Shown here one piece after another: positions 11,726 to 30,609 of a stretch of DNA of 64,000 nucleotides. The notes under the pieces were generated by a model that did no database searches, had not been told where the DNA came from, and saw nothing but the letters and a program-made list of their open reading frames with translations. The position numbers and the translations under genes were made by a program. The stretch is taken from positions 5,766,001-5,830,000 of the forward strand of contig CM035354.1 of NCBI GenBank assembly GCA_020137815.1, in the 5' to 3' direction. The DNA comes from Hormiphora californensis (taxonomy: Eukaryota; Animalia; Ctenophora). How positions within the stretch are numbered: the first letter of the stretch is position 1; each line of letters starts with the position of its first letter.

Positions 11726-12722
11726 AATGTCGTCAGCTTCACTGCTACCACTGTCAATATGATGTTGGGAAGGTGGACGAATGGAAACACGGTAGATAAC
11801 GGGTGGTTAACAAAATAGACGGATCAGGTAGTACAACGTTAAGGTAGTTCGATATTGGGAATCTGACAAAGTGCTTGTCAGCTTAAAACTAACTCATCTT
11901 CACAAAAAGCACGTGCGCGCACTTGAAAGGTGCATTTCAAGTGCGTGCACAAAAGTGTCACATACTAATGATCAGTTCGCGCGTTACGTCCGGTAGGCGG
12001 TAACAACTGCGACAGTGTGTCCCACAGAACAATACACTCAATCTCATGACACACAGCTCATGACATAAATAGCGGCCAGGAGGAACCCGGAGTGTCTCAG
12101 AATTACAATACAAAAATTACTTACCACTTTGGTATATCTTGTGTTTTGATAGTACCTTTCTAGAACAAAACCTGAGACCATCACCACTCACCCTCACTTC
12201 ACACTATCTAAATACACTCTCACCACACTGGTATACTGTATAGTATTTAGTTGGAAGCATGTCGAATGGAAACAATACCTTTGACCAAAATGGTGTAGTC
12301 GGGGACGGCAGGGACCCCACAACACTCGATCTCAGTCGATGCGCGACTTCGATCGAGCACACACACAGGCAAGTCACCAACGTTTCACTAACGTCCTCAC
12401 TGCCCACTGGCCTTCGATATTGTTCCACATAGTCGAATGTTCAAAATCAAACAAAGAATTTTGCTGAATGGCATAAGAATGCAAATTAATAAAAAACACA
12501 GATCTCCTCGCTCAAACCAGAGAGAATAAAAAATATTGTGTCAACACACTCATAAAATCTTTTCAAGAATCATCTTTATCTTTCATCATGTACTGTGTTT
12601 CAGTCTGTATAATATTCAAATTTTTACAAAAAGCAGAGAAAATATTGTTTATAACAAAAATGTAGACCCCAACTGACACAATCATGAAAAAACCAATATC
12701 ATTATCATGGCATGTGTAAAAC

Positions 12723-15700
12723 TCAAAAGTTATAAAGTTCAAGCGTCTTCTTAAGGGCGAGTATATCGGATGAAGGGTCAGCCTGTACACACTCGTCAAT
12801 CTGCTGCTTCAGAGTCTGCAGCTCCTTCCCACACACCTCTGCTGCCTCCATCAGGCGGAAATGCATCCCTGAAATCAGAAAAGACATTAGAATTGTCATG
12901 GTATCACGCTGAGTCTGACAACGCGAATGTGGCCTTTAATAGTCACGAGTGGTATGTACATAAAATAAAACAAAGTTATTGGTAGCTTTAAGAAACAATA
13001 ATCATATCACTAATTAGGTAATGTATCCTCTAGCAGTTCCAGTGCTCGTGAACACAGCTGCCATCGGGGCATTTCTTGAAGCCATCTTGGCAGTCACCAT
13101 CATTACCATCATCTTTAGTAGGGGTAACATCATCACCACCCTCATCTTGTCCTTCGTCTTTCTTGCCAGTGGACTGGAATCGAGGAGCGTATCCCATGTT
13201 GGTGATTCCACAGACGTTTCCTCGGGCAATTCGGAAGTATCCACCCTCTCCCCAGCCGGATCCCCAGCTGTTCTTCATTCGGAAGTAATCCTTGGTGTAT
13301 CCGACACTGGTGACGGCATGGCCACCTCCGGAACAGTATCCTCGCTTGTAGATACCTCCCTTGTATCGCATGAAGTCACTGGCAACGCTGTATCCAACAG
13401 ACAGGGGTCCTGTGGTGGCGAGAGCAGTAACGTGAGCACTATCTCCTCGGGCATTGGTGTAACCAGTAACTCGGAAAGCGATCAGAGCATTAGGCTTGTT
13501 GCTGTATGAGCAGGATCCCTGTCGGGCGGTATATTTGATATCCTTGGTAGCTCCAACTCGACCGGACCTCTTCAGCCAATCGAACACCTTAGCCATCCAT
13601 CCTCCATTACATCCGTTCCTCTGGATACAGTCGAGACCCTCCTGCTCAGCAAAGCTCTTCAGGACGCTTCCCTGGGTCTTGTAGTGTCCCTCGAGGGCTC
13701 CAAATCCGGAGAAGATCCAGCAAGATCCACACCGTCCCTGGTTCTTGACCTTGGTGACAGCAACACCCCTCCAGTCCTTCTCAGAAGGGTTTCCCAACTG
13801 GGGGAGGACCTCCTCATCAGCATTCTCCTCAAAAGCGGAGGCGTTGAATCCGGTATAGCTGGCCTTCTCCTCGTCAGTCATATCAGCGAACATGTTCAGC
13901 TCCTGGGACCATCCGGCCTCCTCAGCGTCATGGGCAGCAATCTCCTGGATGTTGGCTCGGAAGATGGAAGCTCGCATCCTCATCTCTCCTCGGACGTAGT
14001 TCCTTCCCTCGGCAGCCTGGTACTCAGAAAAGAGGGCCCGGAAGGCGGTAGGGTTGCTCAGGGCAGACTGAAGCACATCAGGAGCAGCATTGAAAGCCGT
14101 GGAAACTCCAATCAGTAGAGTGAAGAAAATCATTTCGATATCTGGTGGTTTGTTCCCCAAAAACTCCACAGTTTTATAGTAGAGAAAGGACAGCTGTGAT
14201 AGCAGATGTCAAATCAGATTGAGTGGTCTAGAAAGAGTTTTTGAGCCGTGAAAACAATGTTAGCACTGAGAGGTTTCATAAAATCAACTTATTTCTATGC
14301 TAATTCGGTTTAAAAACAATGGTATCGAAAATGAACAAAGAAACCATCGTCCGGGATGACACTACGTCAAAAGAAAAACAATTTCAATCTATAAACGCAT
14401 AAATGGGTGTGCCCCTAAGTCTAACAATGAAATAAAGATGATGGCAGTTACCTGGTGTAGTGGCTCTCATAGCGATTTTATTCCCGAATGTGGCTGTAAT
14501 GTGCCGGAGAAAGTCCCCGAGAGGTCCCCTGAGGAGGTCTGACTTGGTCTCTGTCACTTCCCCGGCAGCGGCCCCGTCGTGTATCTCTAGGACGTACCGG
14601 ACCTTGGGGATCAGGGTAGAACAAACAGGTAGTGACACTGCATCCCTGGAAAGAGGGGGGAGATGGGGTTAATTACCACCCTTTTTAGTTTGAAAACCAA
14701 AATCAATTAGTGTTTTTTTAGTTAAATTGATTAATTAAGTTGATTAAGTTGATTAATTAACTAATTAATATATGTACCTGTCTAATAGGAGGAGTCCAAG
14801 ACAATTTCTGAAGAGAGCACCATCATCAGCAACACACTGACACACCCTCCTCATTGTCCTGAACTCGCTGTCCTCGTGAGTCCGGGGGAAGGAGAGGGAA
14901 ACAGAGAGCCGGGCTGACTTCTCCAGATCTGACCCGGACCTCATTTGGGCCAGTAACTTCTGTACTACCTGGAAGATGGTCGTTAGATCTTGTAGTTCTA
15001 GGAATTGGGGGCTCTCACGTGATTAGCTTTGGATCGGATGAGAATGGGGGATAATGTAGCATAAAATGCATGGTATTCATCATTTATATTCAACACGCAT
15101 AAAACATGTTAATATAGTCATGTGAGCAGAGTTGATGTAATTGGCTTCAGACTGAGACTCTCTAAATGAGAGAAAGGAGCACTGGAAATGTAATTGTAAC
15201 ACGATACATAGAGAGAGAACTTCCCAGTCAGTGCATTCTATTTTTCAGTCTGCTTCTTACGCATGTCTCTGTCGCTTTAATTATCCTGTGTCCGTGAATG
15301 TATAGTTGCAAGTTTAGAAAATGTTTAGAAAATGTACTCATAGTATAGTTGCAAGTTTAGAAAATGTACTCATGGTGTCGTGTGTTCATGTATACCACAT
15401 ACAACATTTCTCTCTTTGTACACTTTCATCGCTCTTTCCTCTCCGTCTCTTTCTCTCTGGATATACAGTATACACACGCAGTACACGCTTGGAAGTCAGC
15501 CAATGTTTGTTCTAGCAGTGGTACAATTCTTCTTTTAGTGTCGAGCTTGTTTCGTTGAACTGGTATAGTGTGGTGTTTGCAATTGTTTGTGAAGGAGCAC
15601 CATGTCCCACACTGGGCTTACATTCAGTGTGTGATACATGAAGCACACACACACAGATCTCACCCTCACCATCCCAGGCCATTCTCTCTCTTCCTCCCAT

Positions 15701-17722
15701 TCTCTCCCATTCTCTCTTACTCTCATTCTCTCCCCCCCATTCTCTCTCCCTCCCATTCTCTCTCCCTCTGCCCATATTCTGCTTCCTTCTCCCACTCCCC
15801 TGATCATGCCACTCTTTTTGTAGTACGGGCTGCCATGGCTTCTCAATCTGATGGACGACGTAGCAGCGAAGAACTGGTTGGTACTTTTTGTAATTTTGTA
15901 ATTTTGAATTGCATTCTTTCTCTCATTCTTTAATTTTGAATCTGTGTAATTTTGAATTGCAGTATTTCTCACATTGGTTCGTTTCCTAGTATAGTGCAAA
16001 TTTAGTTTCAGTTTTATGAAATTTGTTCCGTTTCAGAGTAGTGCAAGTGATTCTGAGGGCGAGGAATATTTTAAAGATGTGGCAGAGTTTCTACATGACG
16101 TAACCAGTGACGTCACACGACAACCAGACACAGAGGAAATGCACTGGAGCGACATAGGTACGAGTTAATATCTTGATCGTTCACTGAACCGAGTAACCCG
16201 ATGGCTGATCCGATCAAAGGTCCAATGAAGATTCTCAATTCCCAATCCCAAATATTTAGAGATGGAAGTTGAGAATCTTGGTTGGGTACCATCATGCATG
16301 TTGACTGTCTTATTAACCCTGCTCTAGACGCAGCTCCCTCTGTTTCAGGCTGGCCAGAGGAGCAAAGTAGCCCCGGACTTGTCTCCCAGATCCTCTCGAC
16401 CCTTTCCAACAAGTTATGGAGAACGGAGGCAGACCAAATTAAGATTCTGTTCGCCAGTTCCGTTCTCATGCAGTTCTTCAAGGTTTGGGCGGTTAGTGCT
16501 GGCCAAGCCATCCTCCCCTGGTACTACACCCTTACCATGCCACCACTCATCATGTGGAGAATCTACACATACACCAAACAGAACTGGCATTATTTCTGTT
16601 TCGACTACTGCTACTTTGGTAACCTGGCCATCTTTCTGATGCTGTTATTCGCTCCCTTCCTGCCCCAATCTGTTCATTCTGCAGTTCTGTATTGCTAATG
16701 GGCTCCTCTATACAGGGGCCTTCTCGTTCCGCAACTCGTTAGTATTCCACAGTGTGGACAAGATGACGTCAACTTACATACACAGTGCACCTGTTCTCCT
16801 AGTGTTTGGTATCAGATGGTTCCCGGAGGAGGCATCACGGTTCTGGCACTCATCCTTCCCCACAGAGTTTGCACCGGTCTCTCTCCAGTGGAATATTGTT
16901 AGCAGCCCCTGATATTCTGTGCGTGTCATGTCGTCTTCTACACCACTCTGGTGTATGGAATTCTCAGGCCCGGGAAGGATGTTATTACGTCGTTTAGGTA
17001 CCTCAAGAACACTCCCATAGCAAGGAAACTGTTCCGGAAACCGCGATTTTATCATTTCATGGGCATGCAGTTCTTCATTGTGGCATTGATGTCTCTCGTT
17101 ACCTTGGTTACCTACACCTACTACTGGCTCCATGTCGCGCAGGTCCTGTGTCTGGTTGCTATAGTAACCTGGAACGGGGCTACTTACTATGTAGACGTGT
17201 TCAGGATGTCTCTAGTCAAGAAAGAAGGAGTGAAGATCCAATGTGACAATGTGACAATTGCCGAGTGCTTTATGATATGTTTTTAGAACTTGCTTGTGTA
17301 GTGTTTTTACTGACAATATTATTTTACAACAAATGAAATCATGTGTTTCTTACCAAAGTTCTAGATTTGAGGGTTGTTATTATGTCCGTATGCCCGCTGG
17401 ATATGTCCTCTATCAGTAAAGTTTCCTGGTCCAGATCTTCCTCTTGGGTAGACCCCTTCTTACCTCCATCCTGAATAAGTTGTGGTAAATCACCTGATAG
17501 TTATAGTCTACCATTATCTCTCTCTTTCTCTCCCTCTCTCTCCCTCTTTCTCCCTCCCTCTTTCACTGTCTCTCTAGCTCTCCATTGTCTCTTCCAAGGA
17601 AGAATGAAGCTGTAGGGAAATATGAGTTCTCAACCCGTGAGTCATGTAATCATCAGCTGATTTGGCAAATCATTTTACCCCAACACACGACATACGAATA
17701 AACATCGCCTTCAATTCTCTCT

Positions 17723-17763
<41 letters not shown>

Positions 17764-19377
17764 CCCCCCCCTCTCTCTCTCTCTCTCACACCGGCAACAA
17801 CAACTCACCTTATCCCCTTGATCGTCCAAAGGTTGATCGCTAATAATCCAACTTCTTCTACTTCTAACTCCCTTAGCCCGAATAGATCCCGTCTTTCTCC
17901 GGGGAGTCCTCAAATTAGACCTCTGCCTCTCCAACTCTTCTATCGAAAAGTTCAGAACACTATCATGCATTCGGGGAGAGGCAGTGAGTGGAGAATTGTC
18001 TGAATCATAGCTCATAGATTGGTCAGATGACTCAGAATGATAGGATGTAAGCCGGGGTACAGGTGATCCTTTCTTGACCCTTCGAGAAGTGTCTAAACTG
18101 TTTCGTCGAACTAGAGCACCCTGTACATCCTGTAACTGCTTTGGTTTTAGGGCAGTCGGAGAGTCTAACTTCCTGGACTTGGGTGTCGTGGGAGAGTCTA
18201 ATTTCCTGGACTTGGGTGTTGTGGGAGAGTCTAACTTCCGAGATCGGCTTGACAAGTCCAATGGTTTACCAGAAGTACATCCTCGTATTGATAACGCATC
18301 AGGTTTAGTGTTTTTACAAATCTCTGCCTTTTTAATAACTGGTGGTAATGTCCGCCTGGTGGGGTTGCTTGCGGAGAGTTTAGGAGGAGGTGGAACATTG
18401 TGGACTACAAACTCTGTCTGCTCCTCTGAGGGAGTGTACCTTCTGATACCCTTCTCTTGAATGTCATGTGGGGCCCTTTCAAAGATATTACTGACCGGCC
18501 GTTCTATCCTTCGCTTTCTCTTCACTTGATCGATGGGTGATTTGTCATAGTCCAGTGGAAGGGATGCTGAGTCGAGGGGTACAAGCTCAGGAGAGGGCTC
18601 ATATGAAGGGTTAAAGTTTGGAGGAAGCGGAGCTGATTTGCTCCTATCGTGAACTGATTCAGACATTGTCCTGTCGGGGGTTGGTATCCTGGATCCGGCC
18701 CGTTTACCCCTCACATCCCGACTCTCAGAGTTACTGGATCTGGCTCGCTGTTTCTCTGATTGTTCAGCAGCTAGTTTCTGAGCCCGGAGTCTGCTCGCTT
18801 TGTTTTCCTGAACAGGTACTGGGATCTGAGAAGAAGCTGGATTGGAAACTGGATCTTTTTTAATGATAGGTTTCCGGGAAATGCCTTTCTTGGTCCTGAA
18901 TGAAGCCCTGCCCTTCCGTTTCATGGGTTGAGGGGCTGTAGCTGCTGAGGTCGGGGGTGTTGCAACCTGAAACAAAACATGGGGTTAGGAGGGTCAAACA
19001 AACAAATACATCCATCAATCAATTAAAACATGAATTATTTAATTGGAACCCGACACATTTCAATCATCAACACATGTATATTACTCATACCACTTCTTCC
19101 ATCTCTATAATAACAGGGGGTTTCTAGAAAGGGAGACAATGATGACTTCTCCAACCCGAAATCCATCCCTCATACTGTCATTAAAAACAGGACACACTAT
19201 TTACCATGGGTGCAGTGGATGCGGTGGGTGCTGCTTCTAACTTCCTCCTATTCGCCTCCTCTCTCAGTGCACTGGCCTTGTTCTTCCGGGCCCGGGGGAT
19301 GGCAGTCTCTGCCCTCTTGGACCTGGGAGAGAGACTGGTGGGGGCTAGAACTGGGTAGCAGGTCATCATGCTATAAT
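12723..19377 (-). CDS. Katanin p80 C-terminal (con80) domain protein, KATNB1/KATNBL1-like, with a long low-complexity N-terminal region; exons 19377-19205, 18966-17809, 17470-17354, 14968-14778, 14645-14452, 12868-12723
   Basis: Exons join in phase through GT-AG. SSGHTDIITTLKSRTL, SLPVCSTLIPKVRYVL, LRHITATFGNKI and RLMEAAEVCGKEL line up with remembered con80 motifs (KGHDTMCVVLTSR, LDLCTTVLPQIEKLL, LKLILQRF, RLHKCRLCYKQL). No WD40 exons seen. Confidence 0.6.
13030..14133 (-). CDS. Papain-family (C1A) cathepsin L-like cysteine protease, intronless, nested in the last intron of the con80 gene
   Basis: Signal peptide MIFFTLLIGVSTAF; I29-like prodomain (LNMFADMTDEE); QGRCGSCWIFS, GGHAVTSVGY, KNSWGSGWGEGGY; TATAAAA at 14178-14172. 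Confidence 0.95.
   Translation of the reverse strand: MIFFTLLIGVSTAFNAAPDVLQSALSNPTAFRALFSEYQAAEGRNYVRGEMRMRASIFRANIQEIAAHDAEEAGWSQELNMFADMTDEEKASYTGFNASAFEENADEEVLPQLGNPSEKDWRGVAVTKVKNQGRCGSCWIFSGFGALEGHYKTQGSVLKSFAEQEGLDCIQRNGCNGGWMAKVFDWLKRSGRVGATKDIKYTARQGSCSYSNKPNALIAFRVTGYTNARGDSAHVTALATTGPLSVGYSVASDFMRYKGGIYKRGYCSGGGHAVTSVGYTKDYFRMKNSWGSGWGEGGYFRIARGNVCGITNMGYAPRFQSTGKKDEGQDEGGDDVTPTKDDGNDGDCQDGFKKCPDGSCVHEHWNC
16294..17286 (+). CDS. Glycerophosphocholine acyltransferase Gpc1/GPCAT (DUF2838)-like membrane protein, intronless, with two compensating 1-bp frameshifts
   Basis: WHYFCFDYCYFGN, then in the +1 frame ANGLL..AFSFRNSLVFHSVDKMTSTYIHSAP..IRWFP, then TSFRYL and TWNGATYYVDVF. Shifts fall in C runs at ~16663-16666 and ~16906-16909. 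Confidence 0.8.
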
Positions 19378-20073
19378 CTGTGATTTAGAGCAGCATCTAA
19401 ATAATTGGGACATGCAGGATCTGTGATAATTGGGACATGCATACACAGCGATAGATCACTTCCTGAAGATTCCCCCTGTAGACTTAGAGGAAAGGGAAGC
19501 TGCGATAACTTTTCCTGAAGACTCTCGAAGAAAATCTATTACAGTTTTCATCCCTCTACATTCATGCATAAAACTACTAGGAAACCCTGGCTGATACAAT
19601 GCATGCAGATTCCAGAAAACCTACACATTATGTTTAGCAGGTGACACTGTTCTGTTAGACTCAGTAGGTGATCTGACTGTACCAGTTGATATCTTATTAG
19701 CTGTTACTGGACCTCGACTAAAACACACGTACAGTCAGCAATTTAAAGTTACACACCAGCATATTATAATATATCCTTCTCAGGATTCTATGAGGGATGT
19801 AACCATATATGGTATGATTAAATAGAGACAAAAAGAGACCTAGAAGTTAGGTTGGTAGTGGTTCTGTGCCAAAGATCTGAAATCCAGGTGTTTCGAGTTC
19901 TATATCTGTTCTGCTCTGCTACATTACTACTGCTACTACTGCTGATACTACTGGCGACTGTATCTGCTAGTACGGCCCTCGCTCTACTACACATTACACA
20001 TATTAGCGCATAATATATTCAAAACAAATAGCAAACATAAATAATGTGTGCTTCACGCAGGATTAAAACTTAC

Positions 20074-26940
<6,867 letters not shown>

Positions 26941-28784
26941 CTTGGACCCATGTTGGTTCACCGGTTTACCATCACGGTATCTTCTTAGTGCTTCTTCTTT
27001 CTTAGCTAGATGGGGAATGAAACTGGGTGTTAGTAATAATATAATGGGGGCTAACTCTTTACTCTTTAGCAGAGTTAGTTGAGAAATGATTTGTGTTTTT
27101 GTGTCATGTGTGTGTGTATGTGGTACTGGGAGTGAAGACAATGTGTGAGCTAGACAAATCTGCAGACATTGGAGCCTCGATGGGCTACAATTGTGGAATC
27201 ACTCTAGTTCACTAAAAGCATTAAAATTCAAGTGAAATCAGGATGTTCTAGATTTTAACATGATACGATTTCACACACAGAGAAACATCAGAAAGAGGGG
27301 AATGGGACTGGGGAGGGGGACTGGGGGAGGCAGTTGGTAATTGGTAATGTGCATGACAAACAACAACAACACAAGGCTCCAAGAAGCTAGAGAGGGTGTA
27401 TCTCCCTCCCCCACTCTCTCACAAGATGGGCGGTAATGAAATCAGACTGACTGATAACAATACCACCTGATTTTCGTAGCACGGCTCTTTTTCGTGCGTG
27501 GTACAGAGTGGCACAAAGTTACCGAAAGCTGATTAATACAGGCAGGCAGTAAAAAGTTATACAAAATATGCCACACCACATAACCGACTCAACCAGGGAC
27601 TAGTAAAATGGCTTAAAATTCATGAAACTGCTGCAATAGAAACCCCCCTTGATTTGAGGTTGTCATTCAGGAACAGAGAGAAAGAGAGAGGTGAGATAAG
27701 AGAAATGTAAGACACACTGCAGTGATAGATGTAGCAGTGAGACTCGATCAAGTTACATAAGTGATGCTTTACCACGTAACTCTCACCTATACTATAAGAT
27801 ACACATATGGAGCCAGTGATATCAAATCATAATGAACACGGGTTCCTCGAACACAATCAAACAACAAAACTAGTGATTCAAAGTCCCTGCCACAAACAAT
27901 CAAACAAACTGTTGCCTTGCTCGACCCTGTTTCATGCCGCGACCGGCACGGGAAACAATTGTAAAGGAGGGTTAGAACAATAACAAATAACAAACAAACT
28001 AGTGATTCAAAGTCACATACATTCAATCAAACTGGTATTGTAGTCCCAACTACGGGAGACTGGATGGCGATCCTACATCATGGGAGCTATGTGATTTAGA
28101 CAAAGGCCTCCTCCTCTTCCCTCATCACATGGGGGAGGAGAGTTCAGGAACAGGTGTGTGAGTGAGTGTGTGTGGACTGCACTGCGTCACACTATGATGT
28201 AATGATAGAGAAAACAACGAATAGCAGTACTAAACTATGAATTACTATCAGAATGCTTTCGGCTGAACTGTGTCAGGCGTCATCAGCTGTGATGTAATGT
28301 TATGACACACATAAGGAGGTGGGCGTATTTTATAATATTTCTAGTTTTTAACAAAAAGCATGTTCAGTCCAACTCAAGTAATGCAGTTTTGTATAGTTTT
28401 AAAAGATCGCTCTCCACACTTTGTAAAAACAGTTCTGTTTTTGTCTGATGATGTTATGCACAACTCTCCCCCTGAAATCGTTAAACAATGGAAACAATGT
28501 TACGAGAAAGCGAGATTCCCAAAACAGAGGAGAGATAGAGCAGCAACTGGTTTGAAGAGAGTGTGTAGTGTAAAGATTGGAAAACAAAGAGACTGTGGCC
28601 TACTACACAAAGGATCTAAATGCACTGCGAACATTTCAAGAGAGAGAACGTTTATTAAACACACTTCAATAGATGGTAGACCTATAGTTCGGGGACAAGA
28701 CAGTGAAAACACCGGCTTTTGGCGGAGAAGAGGAGGTGGTGGTATCACATAGGTAGCAAGCAACCATTAACTACTGGGCTATGG

Positions 28785-28960
<176 letters not shown>

Positions 28961-30532
28961 AAAACAGACAGATTTTCATATTGAAAACACGCGGCAATCA
29001 ATCAACAAAATGTACAATGTGTAGGCACAAGGAACACTCGCTACTCTCACAACCTGGAAAACACTGGATAGTTCCATGGAACTTCTGGCATGTATAAAAG
29101 AAGAGACCGATATAATTACATCTTGCTGTAGACATGACTATGAAACATGAACTGTGCGGTATAAACTAGTCTGATTCACAAAATCTCTGAGCCTAAAAGC
29201 ACAACTACAAGCAGTACTAAATAGATCTCAGACCGAGAGGACTATAATAAGAGAGACATATAAGAGATAAGGTGGTAAATATTTTAGCTGCCCCTACTAA
29301 TATAAAGCTCATGTGGCACACCTGTTGAAAGGAAGAAGGTGGCTGAAAAGAGACCATCTTAACATCTCAATTTCTTTATTTCTCTCCCGCACTCTCTCTG
29401 TCCCCCTACCTCCCTATCTTTCTCTCTCCAGCTTGTCCCTGAGCTGTGATCATACCAAATACGGTGCAACGCAAAAGACAGTAAGAACGATGGGAATGGG
29501 GAGAAAAAGAGAGAGAGAAAGGGAAGAGTGAGAGTGAGAGAGATAGATGGATAGAAAGATAAAGAGATAAATAGAGAAAAGGCAAGCAAGCCCGGGAGAA
29601 TAAGAAATTAGGATTGTAGTGGTGAAAGGACAAATAAAGAAATGAACAGCGGGAGAGAATTTCGCAACCCAGGATACCTTATTTCAAAGAAATAAGTCGG
29701 GCGGGGTAAAAGCAACGTCACTCACCAGACCTATAATAATTCCAAGTGTTTTAGTCACATGAGGTTTTATTTGTTATGAAGGTGTTGTAAAATGAGAGGG
29801 ATATATTGAGAACCGTACTAGAGCTGGTAGAAGTACATTTCTACACTACATTGCCATCTTACACACATGTGTACATTGTGGTTTTGGTGTATTACACAGA
29901 GAACGTGATCCTTACCTCTTGCCCTCCGTTTCCGTATCAGTTTCCCCACCTTAGAGAGGACCATTGTCTCAGGTGGCAAACAAAACATCTTTTTCCATCG
30001 TAGTGGTGGTTTTTAAAAGATTTCAGAGGAACACGACGCGTATACAAAGGAACTGATCTGTATTGAGCGATTAGGCAATTATCTCTCGACACTAGCAGGC
30101 CTATGATCTATCATTCTCTCTTTCACATTTCTCTCCTTCCCTCTCCCTCTTTCTTTACTCCCTCTATTTTTCTCCTCTCTCAATTCGTGTGTATCCTGCA
30201 TCGTACGATGTGTATACCAATGGCATAGCGTCAAACAGATGAGAGTGAGACTCAGTGAGTCGTGAGGAAGCGAAACATAACGATTAAAGAGGAAGGAAAG
30301 TGGACAGAGACATTATAATCGGAATAAAAAGTATGTTGTAGAGCGGATACTAAAAAGCCACCGAGAGATCTAACTCAAATCGCTGGCATCTTTTGAGAAA
30401 CACCGAACAGATGGATTGCATGCAGAGATCACGAGGTTATACAATGCCGTACATTATGCGTACTTGAGAAATATTAGCCATGAGGTCAACACTAAAATTT
30501 ACTATACAAATGGCGTAATAGGTGGTTTTATG

Positions 30533-30609
30533 AAGGAGCAGTGAGTGGTTTTGTGAAGGAGCAGTGAGTGGTTTTATGAAGGATCAGTGAGTGGTTTTAT
30601 GAAGGAGCT
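30533..30609. repeat. 23-bp tandem repeat (GGTTTTATGAAGGAGCAGTGAGT), about 3.5 copies
   Basis: Read directly; abuts the donor of the 30613 candidate exon. Confidence 0.85.

Larger units (their letters stand above)
6576..12065 (-). mobile_element. Full-length Ty1/Copia LTR retrotransposon, GalEa-like
   Basis: TG...CA LTRs at 11752-12065 (5', 314 bp) and 6576-7117 (3', 314 bp plus a MITE). 5-bp TSD TAAAT at 6571-6575 and 12066-12070. PBS TGGTAGCAGTG (tRNA-iMet-like) at 11750-11740. Polypurine tract next to 7118. Confidence 0.96.

Noticed and set aside
5720-12430. Possible small minus-strand spliced gene around the Copia element (exon-like pieces ~12430-12279, 12160-12125, 6005-5965)
   Set aside because: Splice-like sites exist, but I found no ATG-initiated frame or recognisable product; it may be non-coding and needs RNA data.
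27912-27953. Hammerhead ribozyme or SECIS reading of the shared motif and adjacent small hairpin
   Set aside because: No CUGANGA core or SECIS quartet geometry found; the motif is kept as an unexplained finding.
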